Assembly: GCA_964471275.1 (NCBI GenBank)
Contig: CAYYGZ010000019.1
Coordinates: 1 to 32,450 of the forward strand
Length of the DNA: 32,450 nt
Reading direction: 5' to 3'
From: an uncultured bacterium
GTDB taxonomy: Bacteria; Latescibacterota; UBA2968
Both the position numbers and the translations under genes were made by a program. The notes beneath the pieces are model-generated. The model was not told the DNA's origin, ran no database searches, and was given only the letters and a program-made list of their open reading frames with translations. How positions within the stretch are numbered: position 1 is the first letter of the stretch; the number at the start of each line of letters is the position of its first letter. Shown piece by piece: positions 1-9,750 of this stretch.

Positions 1-962
1 ACCTGCATACTGAACACCAGTGCCGGCGCCGCCACAGCCTGATTCCGCACCGTCACCACTCGTGAGTGCAGCAGATTCATCGCATCCAGCGATATACCCG
101 TAATCTCGTTCGGATGGTTGAAGTGCGTGTGCAGTACCACTTCCTTGTTCATCGATCGTCCACGATCCACGACACCGATAAAGGCTTCTCTCCAGGCCTC
201 ATCGGTCAACAGCTTCTGCGGCATGACGGACGGTCCCTTGGTGCCAAAACGCATCCTCCGGATGTGCTCGATCTCCAGAAGTGAGTCGCCAATATAGGTG
301 ATGTGCTCGGGTCGCAGATTGTAGGTGTCACCGCCGCTGATCACGACATCCTCCAGATTCGGTGTCACCCGGATGTACTCGAATGCCCGATCCCAGCGTT
401 CGGTGTTGACGCTGAGATGTACCTTCTCGACCTCCTCGGTATCCAGGCCAACGGCATAGCTGCGGGTGCAGAAGCGGCAGTAGACCGGACACGTGTCCAG
501 CGTCAGAAAGAGCGCGCGGTCGTGGTAGCGGTGTGTCAGCCCGGGAACGGCAGCATCTGCCTGTTCGTGCAGCGAGTCGAGATGCAGTTCGGGATGATCG
601 GGCAGCGCTGATGAGCCAAGCGGCAGGAATTGCTTACGGATCGGATCCGTGTCAGGGTTACACCAGTCGATGAGAGAGACCAGATAGGGCGACAGACGTA
701 TACTCATGGGTGCGTGAGCGAGCCCTTCGCTCAGGTCATGGAAGAACCCCGGGCTGACGCGGTCACCCAGAACCGCCATCAGCTTGCCCACGGAGGTAAC
801 CGAGTTGCGCATCTGAAACGTATGCGTATGGAACGTCTCGGCCGTGACATCTGCGTAACCAGAGAGGACACGCCAGTATTCGTCTCGCCGAAACGATCGG
901 TGATCTTCCGAGGCCTCTGTACACGGAGGCTCGCTCGCTACACCGGGGCCCTGCATACTCAT
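1..962 (-). CDS. KamA-family radical SAM protein (lysine 2,3-aminomutase-like), 3' end outside window
   Basis: Not in ORF track. Manual translation from ATG 962 gives MSMQGPG...DPIRKQFLP...LDSLHEQAD...GLTHRYHDRALFLTLDTCPVYCRFCTRSYAVG (CxxxCxxC)...DVVISGGD...HTHFNHPNEIT...VRNQAV, all KamA-family motifs. ATG overlaps the ArsR stop (ATGA). Confidence 0.88.
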   Translation of the reverse strand, partial: MSMQGPGVASEPPCTEASEDHRSFRRDEYWRVLSGYADVTAETFHTHTFQMRNSVTSVGKLMAVLGDRVSPGFFHDLSEGLAHAPMSIRLSPYLVSLIDWCNPDTDPIRKQFLPLGSSALPDHPELHLDSLHEQADAAVPGLTHRYHDRALFLTLDTCPVYCRFCTRSYAVGLDTEEVEKVHLSVNTERWDRAFEYIRVTPNLEDVVISGGDTYNLRPEHITYIGDSLLEIEHIRRMRFGTKGPSVMPQKLLTDEAWREAFIGVVDRGRSMNKEVVLHTHFNHPNEITGISLDAMNLLHSRVVTVRNQAVAAPALVFSMQ

Positions 963-1300
963 GCATCCTCCTCGTCCGTGGTATCCCGTGTCAAAAGCTG
1001 ACTGTCAAGATGAGACAACGTACCCTGAAGCGCCTCGCGATCTACGTGGTAAAACGCGTATCCGCCCCTGCGCTGGCATCGGATCAGCCCGACTGATCTG
1101 AGCACCTTCAGATGATGGGAAGCATTGGGCTGTGATACGCCAAGCTGATTGGCCAGGTCACAGACGCACATCTCGCAAGGCGTCTCACCACACGGCAGCA
1201 TCCGCATCAACCTGAGCCGAATCGGGTCGGACAGGGCCTGCAGCACATCGGCCAGATTTTCGACGTCGCTCACATCATCCTCAGATGAAAGGATTATCAT
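959..1300 (-). CDS. ArsR/SmtB family transcriptional repressor
   Basis: ALSDPIRLRL, EMCVCDLA and LGVSQPNASHHLKVLR motifs. The true start may be GTG 1273, which has GAGGA upstream. Confidence 0.92.
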   Translation of the reverse strand: MIILSSEDDVSDVENLADVLQALSDPIRLRLMRMLPCGETPCEMCVCDLANQLGVSQPNASHHLKVLRSVGLIRCQRRGGYAFYHVDREALQGTLSHLDSQLLTRDTTDEEDA

Positions 1301-1355
1301 ATCGATATATTTAGATACGTTGATCCAACTATGGGGAAAATTCGTATCGTGTCAA
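1298..1355 (-). promoter_or_regulatory. Putative sigma70 promoter and ArsR operator
   Basis: Minus-strand TTGACA (1355-1350), 16 nt, CATAGT (1333-1328). An AT-rich imperfect palindrome CATATCGATATATTTAGATACG lies at 1298-1319, just downstream. Confidence 0.5.
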
Positions 1356-1466
1356 CATCGTCATTCGCAAGTTTCCCTGAATCGCCTTGTTCCCCCGCCA
1401 GCCCCCCTATACCTTAAGGTCTCTTTCCCCGGCTCGAACCCATTCAGTTCACACCTACGGATACAC

Positions 1467-4232
1467 ATGATCCAGCGTGGCTTTCTCTTGATGTTCTTGT
1501 TTATCGGCGCCGTCGTCGCTTTTACCGTCGCCAAGATCGGCGCTCACGTCATCACTGACTGGCTCTGGTTCGAGAGCCTCGGATACGCGTCGGCCTATAA
1601 AACGATGGCCTTCGCCCGCTTTGGATCGTTTCTCGGCTTCGGTCTGGCGTTTCTGATCATCGGGGCCGCCAATGTCGCGGTTGCCCGTCACTTTGGCCAG
1701 CGGACACGCGAGATGCCGCTTGAAGTGCTCGTTGGTGACGCGCCCCCCGTCGGCCTGGTCAAGTTCCAGCGTCAGCGCATCGGCTGGGTGCTCGCACTCC
1801 TCGGGGCGGCCTGTGTGATGGGGATCGGTGGCACGCCCGCCTGGACGAGCATTCTCCGGTTCGCCAATTCGACTTCCTTCGATCTCACCGATCCGATCTT
1901 CAACAACGATGTCGGCTGGTATGTCTTCAAGTTCCCGCTCCTCAACTTCATTTACTTCTGGCTGCTGGGGGCCGTCTGTGTCACAGGTCTGCTGGTCCTG
2001 ATCTCCTACTACAGAGACCAATCCATCCGGCACGAAGATGAACAGTGGCACGCGACGCCGTATGTACGCGCCCACTTCTCCGGACTCGGCGCGGGCTTCG
2101 CACTCATCCTCGGTTACGGCTACTGGCTGAAGATCTACGAAGTCTTGTATTCTTTCAGAAAACCGGCCTTCTTCGGGGCCGGCCACACGGACCTGACAGT
2201 ACAGGTGCTCGCCTATCAGTTGATGATCCTCCTGTCCGTCGCGTTGTGCGGTCTGCTTCTGTATAACCTCCGCTACAAGGGGTGGCGCTACCCACGCAAC
2301 GGCACGCTCGGCTACCTCGTCTCGATCGCCGTATTCAGCTGGATCGTACCGATGACGTATGAACAGCTTGTCGTAAAACCGAACGAGCTGAGCATCGAGT
2401 CACCCTACATCCGCCACACGATTGACTACACGCGGAAGGCATACGGGCTGGACAAGATCGAGGAAACGAACTTCCCTGCGGCAACGGGCCTGTCATCCGC
2501 AACCATCGGTCGAAACAGGGCGACACTGGCGAACATACCGCTATGGGACCGTCGGCCGCTGATGGATACATACAGCCAGCTGCAGGAAATCCGGTCCTAC
2601 TACGAGTTCTCAGGTATCGACGTCGATCGATACTTGATTGACGGCCAGGTCAGACAGGTGATGCTGGCGGCACGCGAATTTTCTCACACACAGCTGGCAC
2701 TGCAAAGCGAGACCTGGGTGAACCGCCACCTTGTCTACACACACGGTTACGGCATCTGTATGAGCCCGGCCAACCAGGCAGGACCTGATGGCCTGCCAAC
2801 TTTCCTCATCAGGGACATCCCCCCAGTTTCACCCACCGAGATCCCGATAGAACAGCCGGAGGTCTACTACGGCGAGGATATGCGTGATTACGTCATCGTG
2901 AAGACGAAGGCGCCCGAATTCGATTTCCCGAAGGGCGACGAAAACGTCTACACGGACTATGAGGGCACGGGTGGTGTCGCATTGAGTTCTTTCTTTAGGA
3001 AGCTGTTGTTCGCGCTGCGATTCACCGACCCCTTCGTCCTGGTCACTGGCAACCTGACAGATCAGAGCCGCATCATCTTCGACCGGCACATCGGCACGCA
3101 AGCCAGCGAAGTCAACCCCAGACGATTCTCGAAGATTGCACCCTTTCTCAAATTCGATTCAGATCCCTACCTAGTCGTGTCTGATGGCCGACTCAAATGG
3201 ATCCAGGATGCCTACACGGTCTCCAGCATGTTCCCCTACGCCGAACCATACGGCCGGCCGTATGTGCGAGAGCTAAACTACATTCGCAACTCGGTCAAAG
3301 CCGTGATGGACGCCTACGATGGGTCCGTGGATCTGTATGTGTGGGATGACCAGGATCCGATTATCCAGACCTACCAGGACATCTTTCCAGATCTTTTCAA
3401 ACCGGGCTCGGAACTGCCCGAGACACTTCGTGCACACATCCGCTACCCGATGGATCTGTTTCGCACACAGTCAAGCCTCTACAATTCGTATCACATGACC
3501 TCGCCACAGGTCTTCTACAACCGTGAAGATGTGTGGGAGCCCGCGACCGAGATCTACGGTGTGTCGGAGCGCACACTCGAAGTTCGCCCGTATTACCTGG
3601 TCACAAGACTGCCCGATTCCGACCGTGAAGAATTCGTACTGATGCAACCGACCACACCGCGCGGGAAGGCGAACATGATCGCCTGGTTGATCGCGAGGAG
3701 CGACGGGTCGGACTACGGCCGTCTGATGGCCTACAAGATGCCGAAGGAGAAGCTGATCTACGGTCCGATGCTCGTCGAGCGTCGAATCGATCAGGACACG
3801 GACGTGTCGCGCGAGATCACCCTGTGGAGTCAACGGGGATCGGACGTCATCCGAGGCAACCTTCTGGTCATCCCAATCGAAGACTCGTTCATCTACGTTG
3901 AACCGCTCTACCTCAGGGCGACGCAGGCCGGGATGCCCGAGCTCAAGCGTGTAATCGTGGTTCGAGGCGAGAAGGTGGCAATGGCCGAGAACCTCGATCG
4001 CGCGCTCCAGGAGGCTTTTTCGGGAGCAGATCAGGGACGTGTGTCACATCCCGTGGCTGCCGGACAACCGGTTCCGGACGTATCGATCGAAACCTTGACC
4101 AGACGGGCGATGGCTTCCTATGAGGAGTCTCAGAAGCGACTGAAGGCGGGTGATTTCAAGGGATATGGCGAGTCGATCGAGAAGCTGGGCAAGACGCTCG
4201 AGGAGCTGAATACGAGGTCACTTGGCAACTGA
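1467..4232 (+). CDS. UPF0182 family integral membrane protein
   Basis: TDWLWFESLGY, DPIFNNDVGWYVF, TRKAYGL, WVNRHLVYTHGYG, NYIRNSVKAV and FIYVEPLYL motifs. Probable start ATG 1467 (MIQRGFLL); the upstream extension overlaps arsR. Confidence 0.93.
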   Translation: MIQRGFLLMFLFIGAVVAFTVAKIGAHVITDWLWFESLGYASAYKTMAFARFGSFLGFGLAFLIIGAANVAVARHFGQRTREMPLEVLVGDAPPVGLVKFQRQRIGWVLALLGAACVMGIGGTPAWTSILRFANSTSFDLTDPIFNNDVGWYVFKFPLLNFIYFWLLGAVCVTGLLVLISYYRDQSIRHEDEQWHATPYVRAHFSGLGAGFALILGYGYWLKIYEVLYSFRKPAFFGAGHTDLTVQVLAYQLMILLSVALCGLLLYNLRYKGWRYPRNGTLGYLVSIAVFSWIVPMTYEQLVVKPNELSIESPYIRHTIDYTRKAYGLDKIEETNFPAATGLSSATIGRNRATLANIPLWDRRPLMDTYSQLQEIRSYYEFSGIDVDRYLIDGQVRQVMLAAREFSHTQLALQSETWVNRHLVYTHGYGICMSPANQAGPDGLPTFLIRDIPPVSPTEIPIEQPEVYYGEDMRDYVIVKTKAPEFDFPKGDENVYTDYEGTGGVALSSFFRKLLFALRFTDPFVLVTGNLTDQSRIIFDRHIGTQASEVNPRRFSKIAPFLKFDSDPYLVVSDGRLKWIQDAYTVSSMFPYAEPYGRPYVRELNYIRNSVKAVMDAYDGSVDLYVWDDQDPIIQTYQDIFPDLFKPGSELPETLRAHIRYPMDLFRTQSSLYNSYHMTSPQVFYNREDVWEPATEIYGVSERTLEVRPYYLVTRLPDSDREEFVLMQPTTPRGKANMIAWLIARSDGSDYGRLMAYKMPKEKLIYGPMLVERRIDQDTDVSREITLWSQRGSDVIRGNLLVIPIEDSFIYVEPLYLRATQAGMPELKRVIVVRGEKVAMAENLDRALQEAFSGADQGRVSHPVAAGQPVPDVSIETLTRRAMASYEESQKRLKAGDFKGYGESIEKLGKTLEELNTRSLGN

Positions 4233-5136
4233 CTCCTCCCACTGGGCCGGTCTGCTGACCGAACAGCGGAATCCGCGTTCTGAGAACTTCGACGCCCTGT
4301 CGACGTTCGAGGCGGTACAGCTCATGAACGATGAGGACCACTCCGTCCCGATCGCCGTGGGCACGCAGATCGAGTCGATTTCCGCCGCAGTGGATCTCGT
4401 GGCCACCGCTCTGAGGAACGGCGGCCGGCTCCTCTACGTGGGTGCGGGTACAAGCGGACGACTCGGGGTGCTGGACGCCTCGGAATGCCCGCCGACTTTT
4501 GGGACAGACCCCAAGATGGTCCAGGGAATCATTGCTGGCGGTTTGGAAGCCCTGGTTCGTTCGCAGGAAGGTGTCGAAGATGACCAGCAGAATGGCGAAG
4601 AGGAGATACGGGCCCTGCACATCTGCGAGCACGACGTCGTGATGGGAATCGCAGCGAGTGGCGTGACGCCCTTTGTTCACGGTGCACTGGAGGCGGCACA
4701 CGACGAGGGTGCGGGAACGATCTTCTTCACGTGCAACCCGGCATCCGCTGATCAGGTCAGCGTGGATGTCGTGATCGCGCCTCCGGTCGGCCCAGAACTG
4801 ATCACGGGGTCAACCCGTCTGAAGTCGGGTACAGCGACGAAGCTCGTGTTGAACACGATCTCGACCGTCGCCATGGTCCAACTTGGGAAGGTCTACGGAA
4901 ATCTGATGGTCGATGTCCAGCCGATGAGCGCCAAACTCCACGACCGCGCCCGGCGGATTCTTGGTGTGCTGACCGGACTGGGCGAGCAGGAAGCCGCTCT
5001 GGCGATCGCCAAGGCGGGAAATGACCTCAAAACCGCGATCGTACAGACAGAACGGGCCGTCTCAACAGAAACGGCCCGCGAACTCCTCGAGAAGCATCGT
5101 GGCGTCGTAAGAAACGCGCTCGAAGATCAGGATTGA
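4222..5136 (+). CDS. murQ: N-acetylmuramic acid 6-phosphate etherase
   Basis: LLTEQRNPRS, GAGTSGRLGVLDASECPPTFG, GSTRLKSGTATKLVLN, GKVYGNLMVDV. Confidence 0.96.
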   Translation: MATDSSHWAGLLTEQRNPRSENFDALSTFEAVQLMNDEDHSVPIAVGTQIESISAAVDLVATALRNGGRLLYVGAGTSGRLGVLDASECPPTFGTDPKMVQGIIAGGLEALVRSQEGVEDDQQNGEEEIRALHICEHDVVMGIAASGVTPFVHGALEAAHDEGAGTIFFTCNPASADQVSVDVVIAPPVGPELITGSTRLKSGTATKLVLNTISTVAMVQLGKVYGNLMVDVQPMSAKLHDRARRILGVLTGLGEQEAALAIAKAGNDLKTAIVQTERAVSTETARELLEKHRGVVRNALEDQD

Positions 5137-6650
5137 TTGTAGAAGGTCTTCACCAGAGTGTCCAGATGCTCCTTCGGCTTTTCCGCTGCATCCCTTGTGA
5201 TCTCGAATGACGGCTTACCCAGAAGCTTCAGCCCGTGACCGTAGTCACCGAAGCGCTGTGCGCACAACTCGTCCACCGTCATGCCCGCTGCCTCAGCCTG
5301 CTCCGCTAGGTAGCTCAGCGCGCCGTTCTCAAACGAGAGGGTGATCCCGTATGCCTTTTCGAAGGATGCCCTGAACGTCGTTACCTGTTGATCACCCAGC
5401 AGTCGGGTCAAACAACCGACCGGGTCGTCGACGATGTCCCTGCTCACCGTCAATGCTTTGACCTCTCGCGACGGCAATACCTTTTCGAACTTGAGCAGGA
5501 CACGCTCGGCAACACTGACCAGACTTCGCGCTCCGGTCTGCTCTTCGGCCGCGAGTTCTGCCATGCGTCGCAGGGCAGCATCCTCGAAGGACAGATCGAT
5601 CCCGTAGGCCTGAAAATCACGCTTCTTCCCCACCGTAACTGAACAGTTCGGATTTTGCAGAATCGTGTAAAGATCGTCGACCTTTAGCGGATCCAGAACT
5701 GCGGTCACCGGAAGACGACCCACAAACTCAGACTCGAACCCGAACTCGATCAGATCCTCCGAGCGCAGCTGCCTCAAATACGCGGTACGTTCTGTATCCA
5801 TCTCCTCGCTCGACGTCTTGAACCCGACACGCGTCTTGTTCAAACGTCGCTTGACCACATCTTCGAGTCCCGTGAACGCGCCGCTCACGATAAAGAGGAT
5901 ATTCCGCGTGCTGATCTTCTTCTTCTCCATCTTGCCGCTGCGCTGATACTGCATCATCGATTCCATCTGTGACGCCAGATCGTGCGGTGCCTTAAGATCG
6001 ACCTCCGTCTCCTCCATCAGCTTCAGCAGATTCCGCTGCACCCCGGTCCGGGATACATCGGGACCGCCCTGCTGACCGGTCGATGACGCGATTTTGTCGA
6101 TCTCGTCTATGTAGATGATCCCGTACTGTGCTTTCTTGATGCTTCCGTCGGCCTCACGGACAAGCTCCCGAACCAGATCCTCGACATCGCCGCCGACATA
6201 ACCCGTTTCACTGAATTTGGTCGCGTCACCTTTAACAAAGGGCACACCGATCCGATCTGCGATCAGCTTGATCAGGTAGGTCTTTCCCACACCAGTCGGC
6301 CCGATCAGCATGATGTTGTTCTTTATGTTTCCGATGAACCCGTTCTTGAAATCCGGATCCTCACGATCCAGCTTCATCCGGTTGTAGTGTGTGCAGATCT
6401 TGGTTGCCAGAATCTCTTTGGCCTCGCTCTGCCTCACCACATATTCGTTCAGAAACGCCTCGAGCTCGATCGGTTTCAGATCAAACTCGATGTTCTCCTC
6501 GACGGGTGCATCGTCGGTCGGCGGCCCCATCGACATCCCCTCGGGCTGCGAGTCCGGGAAGACAACCTGGGCGCCATACTTGTTCTCGATGAACTCTTTC
6601 AGGTCCTTCTGAATATCGGCCGGGTTGACCGGCTTCTGCTCGGACATCAC
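5127..6650 (-). CDS. ClpX-like AAA+ ATPase lacking the N-terminal zinc finger
   Basis: Walker A GPTGVGKT, DATKFSETGYVGGDVE, Walker B IIYIDEIDKI, pore-2-like DVSRTGVQ, IGF-like RVGF, EFVGRLPV, TGARSL. Confidence 0.85.
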   Translation of the reverse strand: MMSEQKPVNPADIQKDLKEFIENKYGAQVVFPDSQPEGMSMGPPTDDAPVEENIEFDLKPIELEAFLNEYVVRQSEAKEILATKICTHYNRMKLDREDPDFKNGFIGNIKNNIMLIGPTGVGKTYLIKLIADRIGVPFVKGDATKFSETGYVGGDVEDLVRELVREADGSIKKAQYGIIYIDEIDKIASSTGQQGGPDVSRTGVQRNLLKLMEETEVDLKAPHDLASQMESMMQYQRSGKMEKKKISTRNILFIVSGAFTGLEDVVKRRLNKTRVGFKTSSEEMDTERTAYLRQLRSEDLIEFGFESEFVGRLPVTAVLDPLKVDDLYTILQNPNCSVTVGKKRDFQAYGIDLSFEDAALRRMAELAAEEQTGARSLVSVAERVLLKFEKVLPSREVKALTVSRDIVDDPVGCLTRLLGDQQVTTFRASFEKAYGITLSFENGALSYLAEQAEAAGMTVDELCAQRFGDYGHGLKLLGKPSFEITRDAAEKPKEHLDTLVKTFYNQS

Positions 6651-6712
6651 GAGCTCCCATTTTACAAGTGCGTTTTAGCGAACTTATAGTACTTTATTGA
6701 GCTGACGTCGGA

Positions 6713-6741
6713 AGAATATCCGAACATCCAATACTTGTCAA
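6713..6741 (-). promoter_or_regulatory. sigma70-type promoter for the ClpX-like gene
   Basis: Minus-strand TTGACA (6741-6736), 17 nt, TATTCT (6718-6713). Confidence 0.65.
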
Positions 6742-6781
6742 GCCAGCGCGTCCCAAAGAAATATACGGATGGAGAGTGGAA

Positions 6782-7263
6782 ATGGAGACAAACCAGCTGC
6801 GTGAGATTATCCGCCGGATCCCTATCCTGCACGGATTCACTGACGACCAGATTGAGAAAGTTCTGGCGGCTTGCACGGAAGAGGAGTTCGATGAGGGTNN
6901 NNNNNNNNCGATGGAGATGAAGCCCTTGGTACCTACATCCTCCTCACCGGGCTCCTGCAAGTGCAAACACCGACCGGCGGCGAGATCGCGACGATCGGCG
7001 AAATGGGTGTTGTCGGAGAGATGGGTGCCCTGACGGGGCAGCCTCGAGCCGCGAGCGTCATTGCCCTGCGCAGCTCGAAGACGTTGTGTATCGGCAAGCA
7101 AGCCCTCTTCGCAATCATCGAGGCAGATAAGGACACGGGCTACAAGATCTACCAGAACGTGACGCATATACTCGCCGACCGACTCAGGGATAACAACATC
7201 CTGCTCGAGCAACAGTATCTCGTCCTCGATGATCTCGTCGGCGGAGGACGCGGCGGGGCGTGA
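6782..7263 (+). CDS. Stand-alone cyclic nucleotide-binding (CAP_ED) domain protein; apparent frameshift caused by the N gap at 6899-6908
   Basis: METNQLREIIRRIPILHGFTDDQIEKVL before the gap; LYILLTGLLQVQ...VVGEMGALTGQPRAASV after it. GE...PRAASV is the phosphate-binding cassette. Confidence 0.85.
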
Positions 7264-8952
7264 ACCTCAGCCACCTGACGCTCAGGCGTCTTGCTCGTGA
7301 CCTGGAGACGCTTAGCGGAGCGAGGATTCAGGATGCATCGCTCGCCCAGCCAAACGAGCTCATCCTGGACATCGCCCGACCGGGAGACTCCCCCGTCACC
7401 CGGGTCCTCGTTTCGGGATCCCGAGCACAATCTCGCATCTGCATCACCCAGCGCGACTTCCCGGCCAGACCGGATCGACCTCCTTGGGTCGAACGTTACC
7501 TCCTGAAGGCCGTCGTCCGGTCCATCGGCCTGCAGCCCGACGATCGGGTCATCACGCTCGATCTCGATAAGCAGGATCGAGTCGGTAGCCGCTATCCATC
7601 ACGCCTGATCATCGAAATGATGGGACGCGACAGCAATGCGGTCCTCATCGATGCTGACGGCAAGATCCAGGGCCTCCTGCGCAATCAGACGAGCGAACAC
7701 CGCCGGCTCCATCCCGGAGCCGTCTTTTCACCTGCTCGCCCCCAGGATCGTCGACTGCCCGTAGACATCTCGTCCGAAGATTTTAAAGCATCCCTGGCAT
7801 CGCTCAAAACCCCGCGTGATGCCCTGATGACGCTGTGTGCCGGGATGGATCGCTTCCTCGCCGAGGAACTCATCCACAGAGCCGCTGAAGCTGACGCTGA
7901 TCTCCTGACGACAACAAGGTCCTTCTACAGAGACCCCCCATTTGGTGAAGTGCCCGGATGTGTTCTGAAGGCACCCGGCGTGAGTGTGGCTGCTGTGGCC
8001 TTCGGACCCCGCCATCTCGATCCCAATCTGTTCGTGGAAGCGGATACAATCAGCGAAGCCATCGAACGAACCTTCGCGGACAACCTCAAGGGGCTGGAGA
8101 AGCAGGGAGGCAAGAAAGCCCTGCGAAAGGTCCTGATACGTGCGATTCGAACGGCCAACACAAAACGCGACCGGATCTCGGAAGACCTCGACAGGGCTCG
8201 AAGGGCGGATGAGCTCGAACAGAAGGGCAGCCTGATCCTGTCGAATCCGCAGAGCATCGAGTCAGGATCCGCCTCGGTCGAACTGGAAGACTTGTTCAGC
8301 GAACAGAAGAGCCTTGTCCAGATCGATCTGAATCCGAAGCTGACAGCCTCTGAAAACGGCCAGGCGTATCTGAAAAAGGCGGCAAAGGCGAGAAAGTCGG
8401 AACCTGTGCTGGGGAGACGGCTCGGTCAGGCGGGAGAGCGCATTACCGAGCTGGAGAAGCTGCTCGAGGAATTCGATGGACTTCCCGACTCGGACGACGG
8501 TGAAAGGTTCAGGCAAACGCTCGAACAGAAGGGACTCATCCGGCCGCAGAGAAAGAAGCAGAAGCAAGACCGGAAGGGCCCGTCAGGGCTGCACCCGAGG
8601 AGATACAGGACATCGGATGGATGGGAAGTGTGGGTAGGCCGAACCGACGCGGAGAATGACCGGATAACCCGGTCGGCCCCGAGAAACGCAATCTGGTTCC
8701 ACGCCCACGGCTGCCCCGGATCACATGTAGTCCTGAGACCCCGAGATCAGCGCGATCCCTCACCCGAGGCCCTCCACGACNNNNNNNNNNTGGAGCAAAG
8801 CTCGCGGTTCCAAGACCGCCCCGGTCAACTACACGGAAGCGCGCTACGTGCAGAAGCCAAAGGGTGCGCCTCCCGGCTTGGTGACCATCCGTCACGAGAA
8901 GACGCTCTTCGTGCCCCCGCGTGAAATCGACAAGTGGGATGCATCGGAGTAA
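7260..8952 (+). CDS. rqcH: NFACT family protein (RqcH/Rqc2/FbpA); N gap at 8781-8790
   Basis: DDRVITL, IEMMGRDSN, ENGQAYLKKAAKA, VGRTDAENDRIT, WFHAHGCPGSHVV. After the gap the correct frame reads WSKARGSKTAPVNYTEARYVQKPKGAPPGLV to TAA 8950-8952. Confidence 0.88.
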
Positions 8953-8964
8953 CCAGAGCCAGGA

Positions 8965-9750
8965 CTACAATCCCCGCAGAAGAATCACCCGCACTTCCTT
9001 CTCGGGACGCTGATTCCGCGTATTGTTCTCCAGCACATCTTTCAGGTCGAATTCGACTGCGAGCCGAGACCCGACCAGGATCCGTATCCCCAGATTCAGG
9101 TATCCTCTCCCCTTGCCCAGGGCCTCACCATCGTCGTCGTTGAAGGCGAAGAGATACTCGCCCAGGATCGCCACACCTCTGCCAAATTCGACGTCACTGC
9201 CGACAAATCCGGTCAGGGCGGCATCACCGTCAGAATCCTCCAGGCTACGATTCAGCCCAAAGTGTACGCCGCCTTGCCCCATCGGGTTTCTGTAGTTCCG
9301 GCTGAACACGGCGTAGATCCCAAGGGATTTCCGCTCGTATCGCTCGAGAGAATCATCGAAGCGTCCGTAGCCCTGGGATCGGAAGCCGATAGCGAAGGCG
9401 GGTCGGGTTGCCGTCTCGTTCAACACCCGAAGTCTTGCCGAGATGCCCGGATCCGGATTCCAGTCTGCCGGCAGATCGCCCAGCAGATTCTGCCCGCCGA
9501 AACTGGCGCTCAGTATTGCCCGGCTCCACAACCCGAGTTCGAACTCCGCAAGCACACTGTTCCCGCCGGCGAAACGAATGTCTGCCGCCAGCTGCTTCTG
9601 CGGCAGGACTCCGGCCGTCGGCACTTCGATCAACCAACGCGGCTCAAGTTGATCGGCACGCACGGTGCCGACACTCATCATCAGGCAGACCAGCAGCATG
9701 CAGGCCAGTCGACAGCCTGAAGAACGTCGGTAGCAGATCTCAGGCAACAC
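8965..9750 (-). CDS. Putative exported/outer-membrane beta-strand-rich protein (YjbH-like)
   Basis: Signal-peptide-like LACMLLVCLMMSVGTVRA, then LIEVPTAGVL and alternating amphipathic strands. Start uncertain (GTG 9750 overlapping the tsaE end). Confidence 0.6.
   Translation of the reverse strand: MLPEICYRRSSGCRLACMLLVCLMMSVGTVRADQLEPRWLIEVPTAGVLPQKQLAADIRFAGGNSVLAEFELGLWSRAILSASFGGQNLLGDLPADWNPDPGISARLRVLNETATRPAFAIGFRSQGYGRFDDSLERYERKSLGIYAVFSRNYRNPMGQGGVHFGLNRSLEDSDGDAALTGFVGSDVEFGRGVAILGEYLFAFNDDDGEALGKGRGYLNLGIRILVGSRLAVEFDLKDVLENNTRNQRPEKEVRVILLRGL

Noticed and set aside
1149..1466. N-terminal extension of the UPF0182 ORF, and similar extensions at 9751-9876, 13151-13264 and 24956-25015
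   Set aside because: They overlap neighbouring genes and lack family similarity; better downstream starts exist.
6899..8790. Apparent frameshifts in the cNMP-binding gene and rqcH
   Set aside because: Both coincide with fixed-length 10-N scaffold gaps, so they are assembly placeholders.
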